Part shown: one piece after another, positions 46,809-58,550 of the stretch
Layout of the letters: the number at the start of each line of letters is the position of its first letter
How positions within the stretch are numbered: the first letter of the stretch is position 1
Notes under the pieces: generated by a model
Told to the model about the DNA's origin: nothing
The model's input: only the letters and a program-made list of their open reading frames with translations
Database searches by the model: none
Assembly: GCA_905178155.1 (NCBI GenBank)
Contig: CAJINV010000008.1
Span: 124,001-188,000, forward strand
Direction: 5' to 3'
Length of the DNA: 64,000 nt
From: Amoebophrya sp. A120
Lineage: Eukaryota; Protista; Dinoflagellata
Made by a program: the position numbers and the translations under genes

Positions 46809-49274
46809 TCACGACGACAGTGCTGTTTCTTTACCAGCTTCCTTTTTTTCGTCCGCACACAGCGTCTGACTGCGCCATCTTTGCTGCCACCGCGACAATT
46901 GCACGTCCCGCAGCGCGTACATAGTCACATAGCTGTACCCCTCGCCCATGCAGCGCGCGGAACGGAGCCAGAAGGGGTCCAGAGCCCGCGGCCCGCTGTT
47001 GCTGTAAGTGGCTCCGGTACTTGCTGCGTTAGGAATGTACAAGAGGCCGTAGTCGTGATCCAGGAAAAAGTCCAGCAGCTCCCGTGCAGTGGCGTAGTTC
47101 TGATACAAACCCGCAGGCCAGAGTTCAAACATCACGAGTTTCACAAATCGATGGTAGAACAAGTTCTCCGCGCCCTGCAGGATTTGAAGCTCGTGTCCCT
47201 GTGCATCGATTTTCAACAGGCGAATATTCAAGGAGCGGCCAACATTCATCTCTCTCGGCGTCAGAGGGACATCGCTGGTGCTGGCCGTGCTCCCGACGTT
47301 CCCGCGTACTTGATGTGACATCTCTTGGTGGAGGCCAAAGGTTTCGACTGTACGCGCAAACAAAAAAAAGTTCTAGCTTCATCAACCAGGCTGCTCATTT
47401 CAATATTAGTGACGGGGGGAGAGTCTGTGACGTCGACCACATCCACAGCAACGCTAATTACAACGGAATAAGGAGCAAAAGCGCCGGTATCTTCTGTCAC
47501 TAGTTGGTTGCAAATCTCATTCACACATACATTTCAACATTTGCATCTGTGTGCTTTTGATGTTTCCTTTTTTTAGAGGACGACGAAAACTAGAAAAACA
47601 AGAAGTATTCATTTTCATAACATCCAGCGTGGTCGTGTGTGTTTTCGTGATATCTTGTGGGCGTCCGTTTTTGTACTGAACGAAGTCCTCTACTTGTAGT
47701 TGAGTCGCATTTTGTTGCAGATTTTCTTCTTCTGCCGCCGAGTTGTCAGCATCATGTTCTACATCACTACTTATCATTGCCCCACCTCGCTTTATTTCCT
47801 CGTCTTGTCCTCGCAAGACGATTCCGCTGTCGCCACGATTCCAATGATCACTGTAGAGTACTCTGGTCCCCCACGATGTGTTGGACGCCGCCATTTCGAC
47901 CAAGTGGATTTTCTTCCTGCGCTTCACCGAGGAGGGCAGGGCACCGAGGCTTTCTTTTAGGTAGAAGAGATTTTCCGGGACCGGCTCGAACGCAACGGCG
48001 CGACGCACGTCTCGGTTGTGTAGCATCGGAATGAGGCACGAACCGATATTCGCACCCACGTCGACGTAGGTACGATTCTGATCCAAGAAAGAGCGCGGAA
48101 AGTTACGCATTGCGAAGTCTGTCTCTGCGCTCCTTGTTTCCGTTGGACCTTCCTTTCCAGCAGTCGACATATCGTTCGTCTTATCTCCTCCCCGCAGTAG
48201 TTCTTGCGCCGTCGGAGCATTCGCCGGAGTATGGGGCAACGACGGAAAAAACTCTTCCAACCCGCGTCCCATTTCATCATCAGCGTAGGGAATTGTCGGC
48301 GGCTCGAAGGCGATGTCGGCCACGACATCGTCCCGGGGCAAGGCTTCCGTCGCGCCGTCGTGGTCCACCTGCGCGTCATCTTGTCCGCTGAGAGCTGGTG
48401 TTGTTTTCTGGTCGGGCGGGTGCGTGCGAATCGCTTCTTCTGGAGCGGATGAGCCCACCGTTGCTGGTTCTGGCGGACCACCAATTATATCGCGGCGATT
48501 CCTCGCCTTGTCTGCAAACAGTCCATGTTGAAACTGTTGCATGTAAGCGTCGGCGGATATGAGGTTCTCGAGGCCGTCCGCCGCACGGATGAGGGGCAGG
48601 CTTCCGTTATACTTGTTGTGGAGATATAGAATTTCCCCCTCGGCGTAGTACCACTCGTGAAGCCAGGCGCGCTCCACATCTTCGCAGTCGCTCCAGCCGC
48701 CGTCGCGCCGGATGGCGTTGGATACAGCCTCAGCATTTGGGCGGAGACACAAGTCGACCTGCAGGCTCGACACGTTGGATGGGCTCGTACGAAACCACGC
48801 GCAGCGCGGGTCCCTTGTCGAAACTTCTGGAAGAACCTCATGCTTTTGCAATTCATTTGCAAATGTGGTTGGGAGGCTGCGTTTTTGTGTCTGCTTAGTA
48901 CGGAGTCGTGGCACGACCTCGTCATGCTCTTGCGCTTTTGCGAGCACCGCAAAGAAAAAACGTGTCGCGCAGTTTCCAAACAAGAACTCCTTTAGCCACA
49001 GAACCGCCAAAGAAAACAATGACAAGATGAAAGCAAAAAGTATCAACTTGACGTTGACGACATTATATCGTCTACCAATACGAATATGGATGCTCTTCTT
49101 ACGGGAGTAGAGCGAACTACATATTGCAGCTCGCTGTAACACTAGCAGGTGGACCTCCCTTAGTTTATTGCTTGTCGCGCAGCGAGATTGAAGACACATT
49201 GACATTATGTTAAAGCAGATGCAGATGCAAGTGGCTGCCCCTGAGCCTGATACTAGCGTACTACAAGAAAGCAT
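46809..49274 (-). CDS. FkbM-family SAM-dependent methyltransferase with a hydrophobic N-terminal segment
   Basis: YVDVGANIG, AVAFEP, TTTLD, IRLLKIDAQGHELQILQGA, VMFELWP. The intron between ~47350 and 47620 and the start codon are not resolved. Confidence 0.8.
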
Positions 49275-50042
49275 CCATGGTCAAGCGCAAACATGTTGTT
49301 CTTCGTCTTGTTCAATCTGCTCCCTGTATTATATCTATCTCATTCAGTGGAGCCTGCTGCTCATGTTGAACGGATCCTCTCGAGAGGGAGAGCCTCGCCT
49401 ACTGTACTATATTATCCGACAAGAAACTTCAAGCTCATCGGCCCCTTGCCTCATGGCTAGAGGAAAAGATGACGCAGATGGCGGCCCTCTCACCCTTGTT
49501 CAATATGATCAGATTCCTGCAGGCGGCCCGGTGATCGAAGATGAATCGCCAAACTCGTAATCACTTGCACAACAAAAGAACAAGAAAACTTTTTCGTCCA
49601 GAGACACGGATAGAGGACACAGAACTAACAGCGACTACAACTGGAGGCGGCGCTTTACCTCTATTTCAGCTGTGCTCCTGTGCGGGTTTGCCCCCCCCCT
49701 CGTAGTCCTATTGGCCGAAGCAGCTGGGAAATAATTGCCAGACTTCGGTACGATAGTCAGAAAATAGTTGGTTTTTAACGTTCCTCTTTCTTCTGCCTGT
49801 AATCGAGGTACCTTCGCCAATACCTGCGTGCTGAGTTTTCGTTTGCTACTTTGCCGTATGACTTCAACCCTGATTTTCATTTTTTTGATGTACACACCTC
49901 CTTCAATCATTCTTCTCACACTGCACCATGACGCGTGGTGGAATCATTCCTAATATTGCTGCAGTCGATACATTTAGCAGGCATTGTCGATACATTTAGT
50001 AGGCGTGATGAAGGTGGAGTACTAGGTGGAGACACCTTTCCT

Positions 50043-52872
50043 TTACACTTTTTTGCAGTCGTCCAAAAGATCTTCCTCCATATTTTCCAACTCCACGGAG
50101 CCCAAACGACTTCGACTTCTGGTGGTGCTCAGCGCTGCGGTCAGAGCCTGTTCGTCAACGACGTGATTCATCGAGATGGAGTATACGCTGCTGGTACGTT
50201 GCTTGTCCGCCTTGCTGTATACTGTAATCGAGCGGCCATCCTGCGACTGGTAGACGGAGCGTGGGACCTTTAGTTCCTCAACCTTCTCGATTTCCGTTTC
50301 TGGAACGGAAGGCGTGGGGACGCAATAAACGCTCGCGTAAGAATAAACGAGAACGCCAAGAATAGAGAGCACCGTCGCAATTCCCGTGTACCTGGAAATC
50401 GAGAACAGTTTAAACAAGATTGAAGCTCAATCACATCATTTGATGTAGCACTTCGACCGATCTTCATACAATCAAGAGTCAACGCAGATGCTGAAACTGA
50501 TGCAACAAGATCCACCTTGCCTTTTATTTCATCATATATGTTTCTTGTATATACTTGTTGCAGAAGAGGTGGTCGATTTCCTAGTCACTCAACAACAGCT
50601 GAAGTGAAGAAGCAGAGCAAAAGGGTTCATGTCAAGCACTAGCAGTACGTGTCGATGCACTGCTTTGGGTTCTTTTCGTAGTCACACCACAAGAAATGGG
50701 ACAGCATGACGTAGGTTCCTGTTTGAGCTCCCTTGACCATGGAGCAGGAGACGACGCCTATGTTGCCCAGGAGAAAGAAGAACGCGGCGGCGTGGAGCCA
50801 ACTGGCAATCAGGAGCCCGACGGATCCGATCATATCCACAGAAAAAAACCCATCCCCATCCATTATTTTTTGCATGGCAAATAGTGGACTTCATTCATGT
50901 TTTGCATGACGAATTGGATGCGGATAGGTGTTTTTTCCTGGATAGATCACGGCAAGATCGTACTTGTCCACTTTGATAGGCTCAACCACGATATCGGAGA
51001 ACTCGGGCCAGACCCACCCGGCGAAGTAGAAGCTATACAAGAAACAGGAGATAATTCCGATCATCACAGCAAGAGACGCGGCAGGAATCGGCTTGATTGT
51101 ATCGCTGTTGCAAGCCTGTCCAATTAATATGTGGAGTGATGGTCTTAACATCGCTTTTCGGTGGAAACATCAATGCGAATATTCGAATTCGTTAAAGCAT
51201 GTTTAAGTTTATCATTATCTGTCTGTCGAGTGTCATTCACAAATCAAGGATGGAAGAAGACCTAAGCCAATAATTTCGTGATCAATCATGACCACGACCA
51301 AGCAAGGAGCCGCACATCAATAGTGGTGTTATACATGAAACAGAAACAACCTAGCGCTTGAGGAACTACAAAAACCGGTATCCAGAACTACAAACCTGAA
51401 GAATCTTCTGATTGAAGACGTTAGTCAAGCTGTGCAGAATGGTCCCTGCGAGCATGAGCACAATGGCTAGAACGTCACTGCCCCCAGATTTTGTGATTAC
51501 ATCGAAGGACGACTTCGACTTGGCCATCAAACCCAGAATCACCAGAAGCATGCCGATCTGTTGTGTTGTGACCAGGTTTTGATACAAAGACCACGCATGG
51601 TCGTGCTGCCCGCAGCATGCATCGCACTCGATTTGAATTGTTCGCTCTTTATGTCCTTCGTGGTCGTTGGTTTCCCAGCTCGAGTATTTCTAATTCCATA
51701 TTCATATTCTTGTTCTTTAATACGCTTGGTAAGTATTTCTGAATTTATCATGTCCAGCACAGCTCAGCTACTTCCGTGTGTGCGAATGTCGCTCAAAGAC
51801 CACGACCAGGTCCACGATCGCATCAAGAATAAGCATCAACTTCAAGTCCTACGGTACTCACAATACAATTTGCCACGTGTTAAGTTTCTTCTGGAGAAAC
51901 AGCCAGCAGCCGAGTGCTGACCATACGGAGCCGCTGCAGTATATGATGGTTTTCAACTGCGCACAGCTGAGGACGATTCCGGTGAAGAGGCAAATCTGTG
52001 CTAACCCCTCGCAGATCGCAGGACCAGCTGCTAGCCCCCAGTTTTGCTTGTGCAATGTTCGGGCCTCTGATGGCTTGAAGATCAGCACCATCACGTTTCC
52101 AAGACGATGGATGAGTTCGTATGAATGCAAAGACTTCGGAAGGCGCCCCCGGAGGTGATCACACACTAGCACCTGCAACTGCATCATTATCATTATCAGG
52201 CGGCACCATTAGGTTTATAACACCCCTCTACTTGTAGTTGTACTTTGACTAGACACCATAAAATTCTTCGCCGTGCATTTTGATATTGCTGTGTCTCGGA
52301 ATCGTGCGTCCGGATGCGTTAGTTCCCGCTGGTTGCGCAGTGCTACATCACCAACCTGAAGCGTCTTCTGTTACGTCTCATAAAAAGGAGAAGAGATGCA
52401 TAGGCCTTGCAATCATCTTGGTGTTCACCCAGTTCTCCGCGACAGCTTCTTCTGTATTATTGTAGGCAATGTACTATTCATCTTCAAATCGTGATCGCGA
52501 ACGCAATTTCATAGAGGGATTGTGTATGAGTTTTTACATAATTCTTGCGACGAGAAGTAAGTGAGACGAGCTCCTTCGTTTTTTTCTCCATGATATTTCT
52601 TGATGATGATGATGATGATGATGATGAAGCGTCGAAAATGTCTTATTGACCGAACGCTTACTGCGTGACCTAGTGCTTCCGTACAAAAACACTTTCCGCC
52701 GGTGCATCCTCTTGGGTATCCTAAAGTGAGTTACACCGTCCGGCGTTGTTCTCACTTTGTAACGAGGACCCCGGGATGCGTACCTGTCAGCGTCTCCGTT
52801 ATCACGTTGTCCTTCTCCAGCTCCTCCTTTTGCCTTCACGGCGTAACTAATTACTGTCTTGCCTGTTGCCAC
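50043..52872 (-). CDS. Multi-pass DMT-superfamily transporter (nucleotide-sugar/CRT-like)
   Basis: Hydrophobic exons ~51866-52170, ~51395-51557, 50650-51115 (with introner) and 50043-50391 join in frame, e.g. TIIYCSGSVWSALGCWLFLQKKL and FFLLGNIGVVSCSMVKG. 5' exons uncertain. Confidence 0.65.
50833..50944. mobile_element. Introner, 112 bp; same family as 44055-44163, opposite orientation
   Basis: TIR TATCCA...AAAAA.ACC.ATCC.CATCCA; TSD GATCA at 50828-50832 and 50945-50949. Removal gives DLAV-IGSVGLL. Confidence 0.9.
52601..52627. repeat. (TGA)9 microsatellite
   Basis: Read directly from the sequence. Confidence 0.9.
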
Positions 52873-53304
52873 CAGATGCTCATGACTACTAGTGGCCGGC
52901 GCTATTTAAATTTTACTGTATCTGCACAGCGCCCTTCACCGCCTCGTCCCCTTCGCTTCCCGGTCTTCAATCCACTACATAGCACTCATCATCTCTTCAG
53001 GCAATACGGACTCCTATTCTTAATCAAGTTCATCATTTATAAAACAGAAATCTGTGCTGTGCCACTGTTGCTAATCAAGAGAAAAAGTAAGCAGTTAGGA
53101 ACTGCGTCATATACTGAGGATTCTCCTTTCTGGCCGCCTCCTTTGTGAACAAATTCTTTCTCTACTGATGGTAGAGCTTCTCATGGCTTTCTTTTTGTTT
53201 TTCATTTTTCTTTCTCTTTCTGCCATCATTCACTTTGTACAAAATCTGATCACTTCACGCTATAGACCAAGCATTCGAATCTTACAAGTTCAGCTTACTT
53301 TATC

Positions 53305-56085
53305 TTACATTTGTTTTTGTAATTTCTGCAAAATTTTCTTAGCTCTATCCCCCACCGGCTTCTTGGTATTTGCTCTGCTAGATTTTTCCAGTGGTATCCC
53401 TTCTCGTGGCATCGGTGTGAATGCTGTGCTGTAGTGCACTGGTAGTAGCTTCGGGTAGATGTCGCACAGGTCTCGTATGAACCGCACTGCTTCCCCTGGT
53501 TTTTCCTTCAGAATTTTTGCTGCTAGTTCTGGAGTCGGTAGTGCAGATTCAAACCCGAAGCAGTTCACCCGTAGCTCTTTGATGGAGATCGCGTGAAGCA
53601 CATTGCCACCTTGACACTCACAAAGGAGGTGGTCAAGGCAGCCTGAGATCTCCATGATATTTCTTCTACACCTGAAGACAATGGATGACGCGATCGATTG
53701 GCAGTGGCGGCAAAAGCAAGACATACCTGGATTTTCCCGCATTACGTACTCGATCTTCGCAACGCACTTCTCTAAGTCGCTCTTCGCACCAGCTGTCTGC
53801 TCCACTAGGCGTCCCATGTTGTGAAAGTGGGATATGGGGTTCTTGCTTCCCCCCAAAGCAAGTGGGCTCGTGGAGCCACTGGCTCCAGTCGACGTTCCTG
53901 TGGCGTTTTGTTGTTCTTCCCGTTGTGTGTTGGGATAGGCTCTCGTCCTTCCTACTCAATTGTAATGGACGAGCCTGTCATTTAGCAAAACTAGCGCTCG
54001 CGCAGTTGTGGGCGTCAGTAGCAAAAAAAAAATATGTCGACTATGAATAGTTCAACTATGAATAGTTGGAGTGACGCCGAGACGATCATAAGCGCGTATT
54101 GCATCGGAACGACGGAACTGGTGAACGAGGAAAACCTGCTGCTGGGAAAATGTGCTCATTATACATAGCGACCTCGGAGGATCTGCGAGGCAGTACGTAT
54201 ACGTAGCCTTGCGTATATACCTGGTGTAGTTCCCTGAAGATCAACAATGCTGGCCCCGACCGCGGGCTGCAGTTGCTTGCTGTGAAAGATATCCAACTCC
54301 AGTCGCTCCCCTTTCGCGGGTCGAATCATGTGGCATATGGTTGAGGTCGGCTCCGTTTCCATGGGCCCGGTCTTGTACGCTTTGTCGGTTTGAATACTTA
54401 TTTTGCAATCGACCTCATCCTGACAAGTGTTGAACCATGCGAGCAGCAAGGTGCTTTTCAGCATTTTCGAGGTAGTTTCCAGATCCTCACCGTCGACAGC
54501 GGACAAACCGAGCGAGGCGGCGTATGGAAGCGTCAGGTTTGAAATCGTCAAAGTTGAAATAATCTGTAATGCATAAAATGCATGACCCGAGGCACGTGTG
54601 TTGCAGAGCAGGCAAGTGAGGCCGATTGTAAGCCTGTTTGGGGTTACAGCTCGAGCTGCTAAAGTAGCATGAGAAAATCGCTCTTCTTTGCCTAAACAGC
54701 ATGACAGACTGGATTTAGGGACCGCCGAAATTTGTCATGCGCCACTTGGAAACTGGGTTCCAACTGGCATCCATTTTATGCGTGACAAATTATTTCAACT
54801 TTGTCGATTTCAACTCTGACACATCCATACGGCGGAATTGGAGGAGGCGGGCGGCTCCTGTTGATGTGAGCGCTCCGTGCCGATGAAGAACTGGCTCGGA
54901 CCCGCACCTACTTGTGACGTCACCGGCGGGGCGTTGCTTTTGACGGTATCCGCATCCGGATCGATTTGCTGCGCCGGCTGAAAGTCGTCTGTTGTCAACA
55001 AACCTTCTTGCTGCCGCTGTTGACCTAGCGCCGCCAAGGATGAGCCGACATGCGAAGTACCAGATGCGCCCAACAGCACATTCGTGCCGAGAGTGCTCGG
55101 CAGGGTTCCGGGAATAGCGTTTTGCACTCTCAGGGGGAAGGTGCGCTTCTTCCCGTCAGCAAGGTCTGCGTTATATTTGAAGTTCCAGTAATTCATCTGC
55201 GATTCGTTCATCAGGTCCGGAAAATAGACCTGTCGTGTAGTTGTGTATGTGTTCCGGATTCAAAAAAATTAAAAATAAAAGCTACTTGTTTCTGTTTGTA
55301 ACGTCGGAAATAAAAGCAACAGATGAAGCTGAAGGAACTTCCAGCAGCATCGATTTGTAGCGATTGCACGTCATTGAAAAAAACGGGCCGAACTACACTG
55401 GGAAAAAGAAGATTACCACTTTTGTTTCATCCTGCGGAACAAACTACAATTATCCTTTCTCATTCTCAATTTCATGAAAAATGACGTTTCTCGTGTATAC
55501 GGATAGGAATAGCTTACCTCGCCCATAGAGGACAGCCACAGGATGAAGAGCAAGAATGGGGTGCTACAAAGCCAGCTCTATCCTTTGCAAGTAGAGTATC
55601 GCGCACGCGCTCGTACTAATTGCGCTTTTGTATAGACAAATCTACTTTTTTAGCAGAAGCTAAGTCAGCATCTACAAATTTCTGAGTAGAAATGCAATTT
55701 GTACTAATCCCCAGTACGATACTTTTGCAATGCATAAGCTCCTGCTCAAAGCATCTTCCTGGTGTTGCTCGGGCACGAACTCTTCCTCGTCGCGAAGCTC
55801 CTCTTCTTCCTCCATGATGGTGTGAGATAACCCATTATGGTCGTGGTGATCCTTCCCCTGGTGTAGCAATCCCATGTTGGACAACCGCTGGTCCGGAGAG
55901 GCAGAAAAATTTGCCCCCAAGCCGTTCAGGTGTGTGCCGGATTTAGATTTTCGGAACGGCGCGACGGTCGCAGCCAGGAGGGTGTTGGCGGACCCACTCG
56001 ATCCAAGGGTGCTGCTGCTCACGGTATCATGCAACGGTTGGCAGGCACTTTGACTCTTCGACATCATACTTCGTGCCACCACCAC
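53305..56085 (-). CDS. Unknown protein with a Cys/His-rich C-terminus (5 exons, 2 introners)
   Basis: In-frame joins EDALSRS-WLCSTPFLLFILWLSSMGE|VYFPDLMNE...SSNSA-ASLGL...QILR|GRTRAYP...CFCRHCQ...CLDHLLCEC; stop TAA at 53305. Confidence 0.6.
54523..54829. mobile_element. Introner, 307 bp
   Basis: TIR TATGGA...GTCAG..TTGAAATCG.CAAAGTTGAAATAAT; TSD CGGCG at 54518-54522 and 54830-54834; internal similarity to 21545-21849. Confidence 0.9.
55579..55736. mobile_element. Introner, 158 bp (related to the outer 44383 element)
   Basis: Ends TATCCTTTGCAAG and (revcomp) TATGCATTGCAAAAG; TSD AGCTC at 55574-55578 and 55737-55741. Confidence 0.85.
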
Positions 56086-58087
56086 AAGAACAGCTTAGAA
56101 ATTGTATACCACTTTAGAGTTATGATTTTCACAGCCGTATGCGTAGGTATTGTTCTTAGACGCAAAAAAAACAAGTATTATCAAAATATAATTTTGGATC
56201 TAGTTCTTTTCGCCGACATACACGGAAGTCTAACTACCCTAGACAGGAATCGGCCATTGAAGATGGTGTCACACTTATAAAATTCACCATATGGTTTGAC
56301 AGATAGATTGATTAAGAGTTGTGCGAAGCCGATTTCATGCAGTTGCAGAAGAACCATACATTTACATAGGTGGAACCGATCCACTTATACGATCCACACA
56401 ACTTCTGGCGGAAACAATGGAGATCTCGTTGCTTTTAGGAAATGAAGAAAGAAACGAACAAAGATGAAGCACATCAAAACAAAACGAAACACAAACGATC
56501 AAGCTTAGGATCGCTAGTACACATGGCACAGTCTCTCTCAAAAAGAAAAAAAATAACCATGGTTTGTTGAGGTCGGGTGTACTGAACTGATATTTGATCT
56601 GTGCAGTGCAGATTAAAAAAATTTTCCAATATGCCTTGCATTGCTGGATCAAGGCCACCACATTCCACCAGACAGAGACAAAGTCTGAGAGTAACGGGCA
56701 TTCCACCAAACAGAGACAGATCCAAGCAGTCCCGCCTCGATGATGCATAGGTACGGAAGACACCTCGGCAAAGTTATTCGAAAATTATGTCATCCTCGTC
56801 TCTCCTGCTGTTGCGGACTACTGCCCTTGTTTATTGAATGCGGAAACTTCCGGACATGCCTACAATCACACCAGGAGTACGCCACGAAGCAATAGCTGCT
56901 CTAGCTGCCTTCGTCGAACACATCTTTCCACCTGTGCCGGCAGATGTCCACCTTCGTCAGCATGTGGTCACTGACGCACTCCTCGGTCAGCACAGAGTAG
57001 TCGTCGTTCCTTCGCTTGAGTGATTTTTTTGACACCCACTCACACGTGCGCGAAATTTCCTACACACTTGGAACGCGCCGGCAGGCGGTCAACGTCAATT
57101 TTGATTGTATAAATTTCCTTGAAGATGCTGCATCAAATGCTCATCTGCTTCACCGCTTGCAACCAACGCGATGATCGTGAAGACGCGTCGTGTCTTCGAC
57201 TCTCCACCGACAACGACACCCTTTGGATATCGACCGAAAAGCGGTGGAGAGATGTAATATACTGCGTTGATAAAAAAGATAATTGGGTGAGTGTTGTTGA
57301 ACTTTGTTCTTGATCTTGAAGTTGATTAGTGTTGTTGAATGTTGAATGAAGTAGAAGTTGTGAATACTAGTGAGTTGTTTGTTCTTGAGATCAAAGCTGT
57401 TAGGTAGGAAAGATGTTGCCTAGGTACAACAGTAGAGTGAGAGATTGAGGCAAGTCATCTTCATGGGGTCTTGACGAGCACGACAGTGCTACTTTTAGCT
57501 TTTGTTTTTATTGAAGCTCGAGTTCCTCGGGCAAGGTGGCTCAATCTCCCTTTGGCTTTGTTTTTGTTGATGGCAAGTTTGTTTCTCTTTCTCATCGAGT
57601 TCGAGCAGGCGAAAGAAGCTCATATATCACTGCCACTGACCAACACATGCCAAGTATGCGATCTTGTCACGGTGGCTGTGGACCGTGCAGCGAAAGGGAG
57701 AGCCGAAGCAGTGACCCGCACGAGTATGATAGATGAACAGACTCCTGCAGGAGAAGGAGATAAATAGGGACAACAGAGGTAGTGATTTGGAGGGGTGGCA
57801 GTTAGCAAGCAACTACAGGGCACACACCACGATGCAGCACTCTAGTACAGAAGCAAGTTAGTGGGCGTCTGCGGGTGCTAGTGCAGCTCGAGAATGAAGA
57901 AGCTCTAGTCCTTTGCGAATGTTGCGCAACGAAAGAAGTGGTCATTAGATGTCGATGGCGAAGTTTAATTCGTTTTTCTTTTTGATGAAAAATCGTTAGA
58001 TCATTTCGAACTGATGACTGCGCGAGCAGCTCGACGCGCCTTCGTGAGCATAATCGCAAGACTCTTGCGATTATGCTCACGAAGGCG

Positions 58088-58181
58088 TTAGAGATAGATG
58101 AGAGAGATCGGAGATGAAACAGGTCTCAAACGACTCTTAGAGTCGTTTGAGACCTGTTTCATCTCGACCTATCATCTCTAA
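58088..58181. repeat. Foldback palindrome (MITE-like)
   Basis: Perfect 27-bp arms at 58111-58137 and 58139-58165 around a single T; outer arms TTAGAGAT/ATCTCTAA. Confidence 0.9.
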
Positions 58182-58550
58182 TTGTAGGGTGTCGCTCGCT
58201 CGTAAATGTAGGGAGGCACGATAGCAGAAATTTGTAGGGGATCGAATACGAATACTGAATGCAACATTGGGTAATTATATAGGGGAAGACAACCAGCAGG
58301 GCGGGTGGGTAGGCGTCGAGTTAGCAGTACCTCATCATCTAGCACGATTTGGTGTAGCTCGTAGAACATCAAATGAATCTACTTACTTGGCCTTTTGGGT
58401 AACGACAGGCAAAGCCGAATGCCAATGCGCAACCTCGCTCAGTGCGTAGCTAGTACAACGAGAATCTGTCGATCCCGCCACGAACCGCGCACCTCCTGCG
58501 TGTGGAAGGACCGTCATCAACGTGCAACCTCCGCGGCGTGTTCTTGTTCA

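Noticed and set aside
47430-47625. Possible TAT-ended introner in the FkbM gene
   Set aside because: One end looks like ...TCATA-ACATC but no matching inverted end was found.
52255-52475. Frames with internal TGA/TAA in the DMT 5' region
   Set aside because: A third frame (GEHQDDCKAYASLLLFMR) is open between plausible splice sites, so the region is uninformative.
54039-54068. Short tandem ACTATGAATAGTT x2
   Set aside because: Small intronic duplication with no further structure.
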